Shown: one piece after another, positions 48,526 through 60,146 of the stretch
How positions within the stretch are numbered: the first letter of the stretch is position 1
Layout of the letters: every line of letters begins with the position of its first letter
DNA from: Vicugna vicugna
Taxonomy: Eukaryota
Length of the DNA stretch: 64,000 nt
Direction of reading: 5' to 3'
Assembly: GCA_013265495.1 (NCBI GenBank)
Contig: MU057651.1
Coordinates: 2,768,948 to 2,832,947 of the forward strand
The notes under the pieces: generated by a model
What the model saw: only the letters and a program-made list of their open reading frames with translations
What the model was told of the DNA's origin: nothing
Databases searched by the model: none
Translations under genes and position numbers: made by a program

Positions 48526-51500
48526 TGCCAATGTCAAGTTCCGCCCCTGCCCCGTCATTACTCAGCCCATCGTCCCCTCTCTCCTGGCTCTTGCTGGACT
48601 CAAAGGCGTCTCCTCCACCGTCTGCCCCGGCAGCACCAATTGAGTCCCATCTCCAGCGGCCGAGATAAATCTTCTTCAAGGACACTCCATCCAACGACCC
48701 CCTGGAGCAAACGCCTGAGTGGTCCCCACTGCCAGCTGGGTCACCCCCAAACGTCTCCACCTGCAGCGCCTGGATCCCAGGGCTGCCTCCAGCAGGCCCC
48801 CATATCGCCCGCACTGCGTCTACCCAGGCCCCGGTCCTCTGCATACGGGCAGGGCTCCCTCTGCAAACACAGATGTGATCTGTGAGTCCCTCACCAGTAA
48901 GCCGACCAGTGCCCGGGGGGAGGTCGTGAAGGAAAGTCACAGAACTTGACTGGGGACGTGGGTTGCAAAGGGGTGAGTGGGGAGGGCCCCCCCGAGGAGC
49001 GACAGAGAGTGATGCCGTCCAGGTTCACACGTCAGCACCACCGCGCACCAGCGAGCGACCCAGCTCGGTGCAGCCACCCAACCTCCTGCAGCCCCCAGTT
49101 CCTCATCTGCCCCGCGGGGAGACCAGGACCCCGTAAAGACGCAGAGCTCTCTTCCCAAACCCACGTGAAGCACCCGACACCGGAGCCTGCAGCTGGTCAC
49201 CATCCTCACGCAGCGTGGGACGGGACCGCCCGTCCCCAGACGGCCGCGCCGTCTCAGCCGTGGCCGGGACCCCATCCCCGGGGGGACGCTAGAGGGCCCT
49301 GCAAGTCCTCACACAGAGGGAATGCCGTCCCTCTCAGCTCGTTAAAGAGAAGACTCGAGGAACAGGAAGGACTGGTCGGCAGGGCTGGCATGTCAGGCTG
49401 GTCGGGGCATCATGGTGTCCGCCCTCCCCATCCGGAGGTTGGCTCTCCTCCCCAAACCAGAGGACCACACGTAGGGCCGGGCTGGGGGCAGCTGTGGGTC
49501 TGCAGGCCTGGTGATGACTGGGAGCGTCATGGCACGGGTCCCTGGGGCCGGGGGAGCCTTCAGGACACAGAGCAATGCCAGTTTGCTGGCTCGCGAGGTG
49601 GGAACGGGGCCGGCTGGGGCTGCCCACCTGCAGGCCGGCTGGTGGGAACTCCCAGCCCCCGAGGCAGGTGGGTGCTACTGGGCTCCAGGCCAGAATCCGA
49701 CATCCGCTGATGGATGCGTATGATACCACACAAACAGAGTCCGACCCGTCCCACGAACGGGCCACACGTCCTCATCTTCACCACCCCAGCGACGGTTGTG
49801 GAAGGACCGAGGAGAAGCCACACACGGAGGGTCCGCACAGCTGAGCCCGGCAGCAACCTGGCACCGCCCAGTACGTCCCCAAACCCAGGTTTCACAGCAC
49901 AGCTACACTGATTTCCTCTGGGAAAAACAAAACAAAACAAAACAAAAAACAAGAAACAAAACCCACAGATTTTTATGACTTTCTCCTAAATGTGTGTGGA
50001 ATTTCTTCCTGGGCTGTTTGGCCGTGAGCGGCCACAGCCCAGGAAACTCGCAGGGAAGCTGTGCGCCAGGCCACTGATGAAAGCGACAAATGACAGACAA
50101 TTAACGGAGGTGACCAGGAGGCCGTTACAGCGCACGTCACCATGGAAACGGCCAACGGTCCGTCACACGAGCACCTTCCGAGAAAGTAAGACACAAAAAC
50201 GGCCGTTGAGTGACTGAACGTGGGAGCATGAAAGTTTACAAACATTAATCAAAACAAAAAAATTTTTAATGGTTTAACCGCATCTTAGGGGAGGATGTGA
50301 GACGTCTCATTACGGGTGGTAACAGAAATCTCCTTGGTTTTGCATCAAGGCTTCAAGGAGACACGCTGGGCAAATGAGCACTGATTTTAGCTCAAAAGAC
50401 CTACGGCAAAAAGCCTGGAGTTTTCCTCCAGGAAAACTGGAGCTGGCAAGGGGCGCGAAATATCCACACACCTCCCGCCACGGGCAGAGCGTGAGGCTTT
50501 CAACGAGCCACACCATCTGGTGTTTTTGTGTTTTTCTTTTTCTCCCTTCAGTGGGAGAAAAAGGGAGCAGGCGGGTATTAAAGTTCCTTCTAGCAAAGTG
50601 TGAAAAAAAGAAAACAGAAGAGCGAGACCGGGCGGGAATCCTGAGATTTTAAAAAAAGGCAGGGCAAGCAAGCCAGCGAGGAGGCGGCCCCGCCCCCTCT
50701 GAAATGCACCGGGTTGTAAATAACTGAAAAGCACTGAAATCTGACCAGCCGGCTCCCAGCGCAGCAGCCGGCAGCCGACCAGGTCGGAGCAGGGCTCGGA
50801 GCATTTCTCTGGGAAGCGAACCCAGCGGCCTTCACTGGGGGCCACTAAGTCCCCGAAGCAAGGTCCCCGTGCCTGGCGTGGCCCGCGGGGTGTCCGATGT
50901 CCGGGCCTGAGTATTCCTTCCCCTCCGTTTCAGTCGGGAAGACCCCCAACCCCACGACAAACTGCAGACTGGCTCTGGAAACAGCTAAAGCGCGCACGGG
51001 CCACCTCCAACACAGCCACCTCGCGGTCTGATTTCCGCCTCTGTTAACAGGCAGAATTCCCACGGCCTGCAGGTCAAAAGAAGTGGCACTTTGCTAAGGC
51101 TGATGTTTTATTTTCAGAGACACCTTCAGTAAAAACCAGCAGGGGATGAAGACGGGAAGACACGGGCAGAAGCAGGGGCCGAGGGTCGGCCTGTTTCCAT
51201 GTGGACCTTTTCTGGGCTGAGAGCTGAGCGCTGGGTGCCTTTAATTCTCCTTGGAAAATATGACACTTGAGAACCGTCCTTTGAACTGTTTCTCAAAATA
51301 GGGCCTGGGCCTCCCAGCGGATCCCCAGGCTGCAGAAACCCGAGCCGGGAGCTTGCGGGCTCTGCTGGGAACGCCCATCCGGCCTTCAGACCTGCACACC
51401 CGGGGGCCACGGAGCTGTGGGCGAGGCCAGCCTGCTTCCCAGGCACCTCCGATCTGAAAGTCCAAAACAGAGAACGCAGGAGAACACCACGCCGATTAAA

Positions 51501-51935
51501 CAGGCTCCCTGGGCGTCAGGTCATCTGATGTCCTGACCCGTCCACCCGGCACTGGGCAGGGTCGGGGGGAGGTCCCTTATGTCACTGAGCTAGTCCCCAC
51601 CTCCCATACGCCTCCTGCTCGGAGGGTATCTGTCTCAGTCCTGCCTTTAGCCCCCGACCCCCATCCACCTGCAACACCAGATCGGAAACTGGAGTGGGCA
51701 CTGGAATTCTTATTGCAAGTCTGTGATTTCCAGGAAGCAATCACGCCCCCTCAGCGCAAAGCCAGACACTTGAAAGGGAGTCTCTGAGGTCCGGCCTTGC
51801 AAGGCTGTCCCTCTGCCCATCTCCCGGGATTGCTCCCAGGCTCCCAGGGACAGAGCGTGGGTGGAGGGTCTGCAGTCTGGGAGCCCCTCTTTGAGAGACA
51901 GAGGACACCCAGGAGCACGTGACAAAAACAGGGCG

Positions 51936-52080
51936 TCAGTGAAATCGGCCGGAAGGAGAAAGACAGACACCATTCGATATCGCTCACATGTGGGGTCTAA
52001 AAAAATATGACACAAATGAACTTACTTACAAAGCAGGGACTCAGTCTCACAGACCCAGAAAACAAGCTTAGGGTTACCAA
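51936..52080 (+). mobile_element. L1 ORF2-end/3'UTR fragment
   Basis: gatatcgctcacatgtggggtctaaaaaaatatgacacaaatgaacttacttacaaa..cacagac..gaaaacaagcttagggttaccaa. Confidence 0.82.
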
Positions 52081-53247
52081 CTCCACAGAGACCAGGTGGG
52101 ACCCACTGTCCTCCGCAGAGAAGCCACTGTGGGGTTCAGAGGCCTCACCGGGAGGGCGGTGGGGGGAGCTGCAATGGGAAAACTCAGCCCCTGTTCGCAT
52201 GGGGGAGTCAGACGTGGAGGAATTGCAGCATAACACACGCCAGGCAGAGAAAGGAGACTCTTTCGACGTGCAGAGTCATTCCTCCAGCCCCAGGGAGAGG
52301 CTGGATTGATCAGGTGGAGGAGGAGGGGGCAGCCCCCAAGGAGGGGAGCAGGGGTGCTGGTGGGGCTGGGGGGGTGCACTGCAGACACCCGGCCTGCCCT
52401 CCTGGTGAGCAGGACTTGAAAACCCCAGGGACTTGCCCCCTCCTGCACAAAGCAGCTCACGATCGGCCAGCGACCCTGCTTCTTGCTCGGTGGTGTTAGC
52501 CCACTCCCGAAAAGGACTCGGGGCGCCGGGGTGGGAGCCCCCTGGGTGCACGTTCCCCGTCTCAAGAGAGGAACAGAGACGCCTCCTCCCAGGTGACTGG
52601 CCTGGCACGTAGAACAAAGTGACCCAGGCATCTGGCACTCGGACGTGCCCAGGAGACAAGCCTGCCTCGCACCTGGCTCGGCCTCCAGCCCCGTACGGGG
52701 AGCGTTCCCACCCCGAGGCGCAGGGAGGTCGTTCGGGCTTCTCCGGGAGTTAACACGCGTTTGATGCCAACCAAAGTAGCCTTGGGTTTATTCACTATTG
52801 TTGTCCACCAGCCCCACGGGTTGCCAGCCCCATCGCAGTCCTTCCCCAGCTTGGGGTCACTTCCGGACTCAGGGGGGGGCGGGAGGAGCTGGCGGGGAAG
52901 CCCCCCGTTCTGTCCTGTGCGCTGCGTGGGTACCAACCCTCTGCCGGCTCAGCCCCCCAGCTGCTCCAAGCAGGCCCGGGGAATACCCGCTTCCTCCCAC
53001 TGCTAGCCACCACCACCCCTTGCTGTTCGCTTCTTGCAAAGCAAAACAGAAATGAGGATGCAAAAAAAAAAAAAAATGCCCAGCGCGGCGCCTGAAGTCC
53101 TTTATAACACGGTGCTCGGCGGCGCTCCCCATCCCTGCGGCCAGAATCCACCTGCCAATCCCCGGAGCCCGGCCTGCGTGTCCCCAGCCCCCAGCAAAGC
53201 CACCTGGAACCCGTTAAGGGGTCTTGAAAGTGAGAACTTCACTTTTT

Positions 53248-53370
53248 CTATAATGAAAAAGAATATGAAAACGAAAATATATATGTATTCACGTATGACT
53301 GAAGCACTGTGCTGTGTGCCAGAAATTGACACCGCATTGTAAACTGATTCTACTTCAATTAAAAAAAAAT
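53248..53370 (+). mobile_element. L1 3' terminal fragment
   Basis: tataatgaaaaagaatatgaaaa..tatgactgaagcactgtgctgtgtgccagaaattgacac..ttgtaaactga..acttcaattaaaaaaaa. Confidence 0.88.
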
Positions 53371-55219
53371 TCACGTGTTTTTTCAGCTTGATTCTAACCT
53401 ACTGATAAGAAAAAAGATTTCTAGCAAATAAAGCCGCGCATTTGTCCACATCCTCACCACGATGTGTCAATAGACAGCGTTCCCTCCCACGTTCAACAGA
53501 AACGTTATGCGGAAAATTTACAGAAGTCGCTTAAAAACTCAACCGGCAGTAATCCTGAAAAACACCTTCAGCTAAGGGAAAAAAAAACCCCAGCTCAATT
53601 CACATTTAAACTCTGCTGAGCTGAATACACCTAAATAAAATTCAGATCAGTTAGCCCCTTTGTATTTTTTTTTTACTCATAAAGTAGAAAAAATTGTGAA
53701 ATTTTATGTAAAACAAAATTGTGAAAAATTATGCCATACAGCTGCCAGATTTTCGTCACTGGCTTTCGAAATCCGAATGCGACATCGCCCAAAAATAGAG
53801 AATTATTGTTGTATTTTATCCGACACCTTGCGGGGGGGGGGGCGGAAATCAACATTCAAGGGGAATATTCCAAGAGCTACTGTTAAATCAGAAACAGGAA
53901 CATGTTAGGAAAGAAAACAAAAGATGTGTTAGGGCCATATTTACATGGTGTTGTAGGTAATGACCAGGTCCCCAGGGAAAATTTAGGGTCTCGAAGCCTT
54001 GAAGGTCATCTTCTGCTGGAAAGCCACAGGTGGTCTGCTGGGACCTGGGCGTGCAGCCCCGGGAGGGGACAGCTGATGTCACAGGTGCCTCTGTTGACAC
54101 CTCAGGCCGGCCAGGCTGGGCCCCACCCGGGGGGACTCCCCTCCAGGACCGCAGGGGGGTGAGGCAGGAGAAGCGGACAGCCGACAGTGGCCAGGACGGC
54201 CTCCCGGACAGCTGGACCTCTCTGTGGTCCCTCCCGGTCCCCTGCCCCTGCCTGGGTTTTTCCTAAGATGCCTTCAGCAAATGCAACTTCCAGGGAAAGC
54301 CGCTCAAAGCAGAGGGGGCGGATTTCTCGTTTTCCCCGTAAAAGCCCCTTGTCAGAGCAGCACCCCTGGGGCGGACTAGCTGTAACCCACACCACGGTCA
54401 TTCTTTGTCCCCCGCCAGCTCTCACAAGGGTAGCCCTCCAGCTCAGCTTCCCAGGAGACTTCTTATCCTTGGGAAAAAATAAAAATAAAAAAAAATCTTG
54501 GTTTCTTCTCACTTTCATGGGGCGGGACAGGAGCTGGAAGGCCGACACGACGGGCGGGTGAGAACCCCTCGGCCCTGCCCCCGGGGCTGCAGGTGCAGAG
54601 AGAGGGGGCCAGGAGGGGACAGCCACTCAGGGGCACACTCACACCACAGCCCTCTGCGGACTGAAATGCTGCATCTGTGCAGTTAAAGCAAAGGAGGGGG
54701 AAGCAGGTCAGCTCTGAACTGACGCCAGCCAGTCTTTTTTGTGCTTCTTACTGGAGGATCCAATTTGGGGTGCATCCCGTGGCTCCCTCCCCAGCCCCCG
54801 ACCTGCCATGCCGCAGCCCAGGACCTCACACCAGCCCGATACCCACCCCTGCCTCTCCGGCTCCCCCGCATCTCTGCCTGGTGCCTACAACTCCCCGCAG
54901 GAAATCCTTCTTCCATCAAGGGTTCCCAGGCAAGAGAAGCCACACCTCTTCCCCAGTCCCTCCCCGACTCTGGGGGCGCCCCTACCCAGGGGTGCCCTGA
55001 GGCTGCCTCCAACTGTTCATTTTTTTAAGAACATGCTTTTGATTAAAAAATGAAATCAACTTATTAAAGAAACGATCCTAGAAACTAGGGCAATAAACAC
55101 TCAGCACTTATCGCCCCAGAATTACTTTACTGTTACTGATGCCCTCGAGGTTGTTTACAGGATCGAAGCGATGCTGATGGTCAGGCCCGGGTGGGGAGCT
55201 GGAAACGGCCGAGGGGGGC

Positions 55220-55358
55220 GACCTGTGGTCCGGTCAGATTTCCTTTGTGGACACTGAACTTCGCATCACTTTCATACGTCACAAAATACGATTCTCCTTT
55301 TGGTTTTTTTAAACTCATTAGAAAAAGTTTCAAGCTCATTAAAAATTTTTTAAAAACC
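55220..55358 (+). mobile_element. MER58-like hAT fragment (interrupted by a SINE)
   Basis: tggacactgaa..tttcatacgtcacaaaatacgattctcctttggttttttt..catt..aaaa. Confidence 0.55.
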
Positions 55359-55359
55359 A

Positions 55360-55505
55360 GGGGAGGAGGGTGTAGCTCAGGGGTAGAGCATGTGCTTAGC
55401 AAGCACGAGGTCCTGGGTTCAATCCCCAGCATCTCCATTAAAAATAATAATAATAATGAATAAATAAATAAATAAACCGAATTATCCCCCTCCCAAAAAA
55501 GAATA
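55360..55505 (+). mobile_element. vic-1-like SINE
   Basis: gggtgtagctcaggggtagagcatgtgcttagcaagcacgaggtcctgggttcaatcccc plus (AAT)/(AAAT) tail. Confidence 0.92.
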
Positions 55506-55683
55506 TAAAATTCTAAATAAAACTTCAATACGTTCCGTAAACAGGTATTGGGGGCCGCCATGTACAAGGAATTTTCCAGGCGGTCTGTGACATGAATCAT
55601 CCTGTAATTTGTGGTCCCAGATCTCAAGACGCTTATGGGGTGATAAGATAGACACTTAACTATTATAAACGATAATACGTTTA

Positions 55684-55748
55684 TGTCATTTTATAACAGT
55701 GTTACAATGTTATTTTATAACAATGTTACAATGTTATTTTATAACAAT
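55684..55748. repeat. 24-bp tandem repeat (tgttattttataacaatgttacaa) x~2.7
   Basis: Directly visible; gives MLQCYFIT twice in the ORF track. Confidence 0.85.
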
Positions 55749-58700
55749 AAAAGAAAAGCATGCGATTAAGGGATGTGACACTTTGCAAAACCTTGTATGT
55801 CATAAATACGTCAACCACAGGGCACTATATGCTGGTATTTTCAAACTACTATTGTCGACATTATTAAATTATAAAAACCAAGTTCGATTCGAGGCAAAAT
55901 CCTGCCCGCAGATTATAATTCTGCAAGGAAATGACTGCAGTCTAAGTAGCCTATTGTTCAAAGGCATCGCTTTCAATCAGACGGAGGTCTCCGCCGATAC
56001 AAAAATCAGACAGCTACGAATGACACCCCGTGGGCTGCACGAGTCACTTATTTTAAAGCGAAAAGGACCAAAAACACCCCGTGGCACTTAGAAAAGAGTT
56101 TGCACATCTTCTGATGACCCCCTGAATTTAAAACCACCACGAAACATGTTTGTCTTAAGGCAGAAATTAAGATGCAGACTTGAGCATCTTAACTTCCTAC
56201 TTTAAATCAAAGGAACAGATGGAGAAAACATTGTTTACTATATGCTTGGACCAGGATGACAAATGGCCACAGCCGTTTGGCTCCCAGCAGGGCCTCCCCC
56301 TCCTTGTCCCCGGCGGCCCTCCCCAGACTGAGGTGTCCTGGGCACCTGTTGCAGCACCGTCCATTGGCAACACTATAAATGCACCACACCACGGCTCGCC
56401 CTGCCAGCATTTCTGTGCCCCCATCCTCTCCGTCGCAGGTCACTCCCTGCAGCTCCGCGGATGAACCTCGCCCCGGGCACGCGGTCCAGGCCAGCTGCCC
56501 AGCCGTCAGCCCCGGGAGGGACGGGACACAGCAGCCAGCCCACAGCCCGAGCCTGGCGCAGCGCTGCGCCTTCAGATCCTGGTGGTCGGACGTCCAAACC
56601 ACCCGGAGGAGACGCATTCAATGCCGACGGCAGAAGCAGTCAGACATTTACGCAGGAAAAGCCAGCCTTCCTATGGTCGTAAGACAGTGATCTCTCCAAC
56701 TTGAGGGCGGTCCCTACCCCTGAGAAACAGACCTCCTTACTTGCAAATGTCTTTCCAAGGTTTGTACAAATGCGGTTATTTACGCAGACGGCTCGTTTCT
56801 ATTTCTAATGATCGTTCTGAAATGACAAAATAGCACTGGTGAGCTGTGAAAAGGGGAATCTGAGCCTCCCCCCCGAAATAGCTGGCGGGCAGAGGAGGTG
56901 GTTTTGGGGGTTGTCAAGGCTTTCGCATCATAAGATGTGAGCCACAGGGCAGGGGAGGTCACGGTGCCCGTGCCCGGGAGGACGGCAGGGCTGGGCTGTG
57001 ACTCATTCGTACTCCGCGCCGAAGCTCCCAGGCTCTCCCTTCCAGCCACCCCACCGTCCCTCCCGCCAGGACTGTGAACTCGTCCCTTGGAAATGCAGAT
57101 CCAGCCAAATACGACACTAACTCAGTACATTAGGGTGACTCAACCTGCCACCCCTTCTCTGAGGCCCTTACAGCAAGGGAAGCACTCCTGAACACCAATG
57201 AGCATCTCTGGTTCTACTAGAACAGCCCCCCCAAATCTCCTCCCATGCAAACGCTTCATCCATCCCCTCAAAGACGCAGCCAAGAGCCACTGCCTGCAGA
57301 CAGGCGACTTCCGCCATCGCACAAGAATTTTTCTTTATTTCAATGAAACGGCGCAGCCTTTATCCCTCTGTCCTCACCACCCGTCTCTCCTAAAAGGTGG
57401 GGGGCACATCGCACTGCGCAGCCCTCCTGGTCCAGACCGGAAACTGGCCCCGAGAAGCCCGCTGAACTCCGCTGGCCCCGTCCCTTCCGGACCTCAGCCT
57501 CCCTGCCCCCCGGACCCGGCAGGTGACCCACTCTCCGTGCCCTCCCAGCTATCAAAACTGCCCGGGGTAGCAGATCTCCCGCGCTTCCTCCTAACAAGGT
57601 ATAGATGGAATTGGAATGCACTTTTTACATTCGAAACTTTGAAAGAGAACTGGCTGGCCAGATGGAAGAGATGGTGCATTAATGATTATTATTATTTTGA
57701 GGAAAGTGTATGAAGGTGGCCAGCTGGATGGCAGGGGCAGGGGCTCTCACGGAGCATCCGTGACACGCGCCTTGGAAGAGACTTTCTCTTCTGCCTCCCA
57801 TAAGTGAGGGCATTTCTGGGGACATGGGTGTCCTTCTCCTTGAACTTTTCAAAGTGGATCTCTGGACATCTGCGCTGTTCCAGTAGGTAACTGGCGAGGT
57901 CAGTTCTGGCCATAATGGACCCACTGAAATGATGCCCATCATTTGAATCATGTGAATTACCACTGAAAAAAGACCAAAAGTTTTTTTGTTTTTTTTTTAA
58001 TGTGTGTGTGTGTGTGTTTTTTTTTTTTTGCTGGGGGAAAAAGCCACGTAGTTGAACATCAAAAGATTACCGCTCATCACAAAAGCAGACACGTCCAATT
58101 AAACATCTGAGTGCTGTGTTGTGTAGGGGAAGCTACAAGGGTAAGAATTTATGGACGTCATCCCTTTGGTATGCATCTCAGCGAGCTAAGTTTTCCTCCA
58201 CCCTGAATTCGCCTCAGGGTGCCCCGAATTACCCTGCTCAACTTCTGTAATAAACTGTTTCTCTAAGCATCTACGTGGTGCAAATGCTGCAAAGGCCATC
58301 GCTGTTTTTGCAGAGTGAACGTTCCGACCGCACGTGGCCCACAGTGACAGCTCCCGCATGCAGTCACATCCACACGCTTGACTCCTTCGCACCGTCCTGT
58401 ACAATCATCAGAATCACCTCGAAATCTACAAAACCATCTCAGAATTACCGAAGCAACATTGTTACCGGTTAGAACGTTAACTAGGTAAAGCTCGAAGCTC
58501 TTTGCCACCTCATTCTTCTGTCCTTAAAATGCATTTCATAAAAGTCGGAAAAGTCTGTTCAAAAACGATCAGGATGAACTCTTTATTCTGGGCGGTGGTG
58601 TCAACTTCACACGGTTATTTGGGTTCAACTTGGAGATTGTTTCCCCCCCATCTTTGTTTTCTGAATACGTAAAACACTGTGGTTGAGACTCACAACCACG

Positions 58701-60046
58701 CAAAAAGGAGCATTCAGGAAGTCTCGCTCCTGCTTTCATGTTACCCTCTTCATCCCTGTGTTACCGCCATCCTTCTGTTAATGTTTTTGCAAAGAAAGCC
58801 AACACCCGTGTATTCTCATTTTCCCGTAGGTCTTGCACAAAAGGGGGCGGGCCATCAGTAGCTCCCGTGTGCTTTTTTCATTTCACAATGATTTCTGGAA
58901 ATTGCGCCATGTCAGTTCATAACGACTTTTTTCCCCTTTCGATTTTTTACTTTTTATTTTTTTGGCTGATGCAAACTACCTTCAGTAGATGACATCAGAC
59001 TGGGGACTTCCTTTTTTTTTTTTTGCAGGAAAAGGACAGGACAAGGAGACTCATGATTTTCTGGTGATTAAGCTAGCACCCTTCCTTGATTTGTGTCAAA
59101 TTGGGGACTGAATGCAAAGTTGTATATAAGGGGAAATACGCTGTTAATTTATAATAAACGGAGACAGAACCAAACCAAAAAAAAAAAAAAAAAGATCTTC
59201 AACAAGCTAATGTGCAAATTGATCTCAGCCAAATCAGGATGCACGGTCCAAGCTCAAATTCAGCGCTAACATCACCCACGTGCATCTTAGGGTCTCCCGC
59301 CTTCCTCCCCACCCCGCCCCACTCCCCCTCTCCCCTCCTTTGAGAAACCACTGCCCTCCTGGGTCAGATTCGAGGAGCTCTGCCTGCCTAGAATTCTCCA
59401 GAAAGTGCCCTAGTGGGTCCTCATGAGCCTGCCAGCCAGGTGGGGTCAGCCCTGCGACCCTGTCGGTTCCACACACACCAAAGCCACCAGCTGACCTCGC
59501 AGGGGGCCGCGTAAGGTGGGGCCACTCATCCGCCCTCGGGAGGCTGACCTTGATTGGTTCTACACTTTCTCATGGTTTCCTCAGGCCCCGGTAAACGTGG
59601 CTGGTTTCACACGTCCTCTGTCCTTGGGAAACACTGACAAGCACCAGCCAGATTGAAAAGATCAGTACCAGTCACTGACTTCCATCTCCATATATACAGC
59701 TGCCCCCACTTAACTAAAAAGGGCTCCGTGGGAAGTTCAAGCTGTTGGCCAAATATGTGTTTCTTCTCTTATCTTTCCTTCCTTCCTTCCTTCTTCCTTC
59801 CTCCCTTCCTCTTTCTCTTTCTAGCAGAGAAAGGTTTATTTCAAGGCCCAAACACGCAGAACGGATGGCTTGCGCTCAAAAAGACCCTGCCTCTCAAACC
59901 CTGAATGTCTTAAAACTAAGAAGAAACTGAAGCACAGCGGCCTTGGGAAGCCTGATCCAATCTGAGCATTTTTTTTCTGTTTCTGACCCTGTTATCCAGC
60001 ATTTGCCAGACAGCTTTGCCTAAAAATAAGTATTTAAGATGCACCA

Positions 60047-60146
60047 GGGAGGGGAGGGGAAGGGTGTGGCTCGGGTGGAGCATGTGCTTAGCGTGCACGA
60101 GGTCCTGGGTTCCATCCCCGGTACCTCCATTAAAAAGATAAATAAA
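60047..60146 (+). mobile_element. vic-1-like SINE with TSD aagatgcac
   Basis: Head gagcatgtgcttagcgtgcacgaggtcctgggttccatcccc; TSD at 60036-60044 and 60147-60155. Confidence 0.88.

Noticed and set aside
48061..49710. Long Pro/Ser-rich ORFs (formin- or WASP-like polyproline)
   Set aside because: They derive from a C-rich low-complexity tract and GC-rich intron, with no recognisable domain or exon structure.
3848..60146. tRNA genes (gtagctcag..ggttcaatcccc)
   Set aside because: The heads continue into shared SINE bodies, A-rich tails and TSDs, so they are tRNA-derived SINEs.
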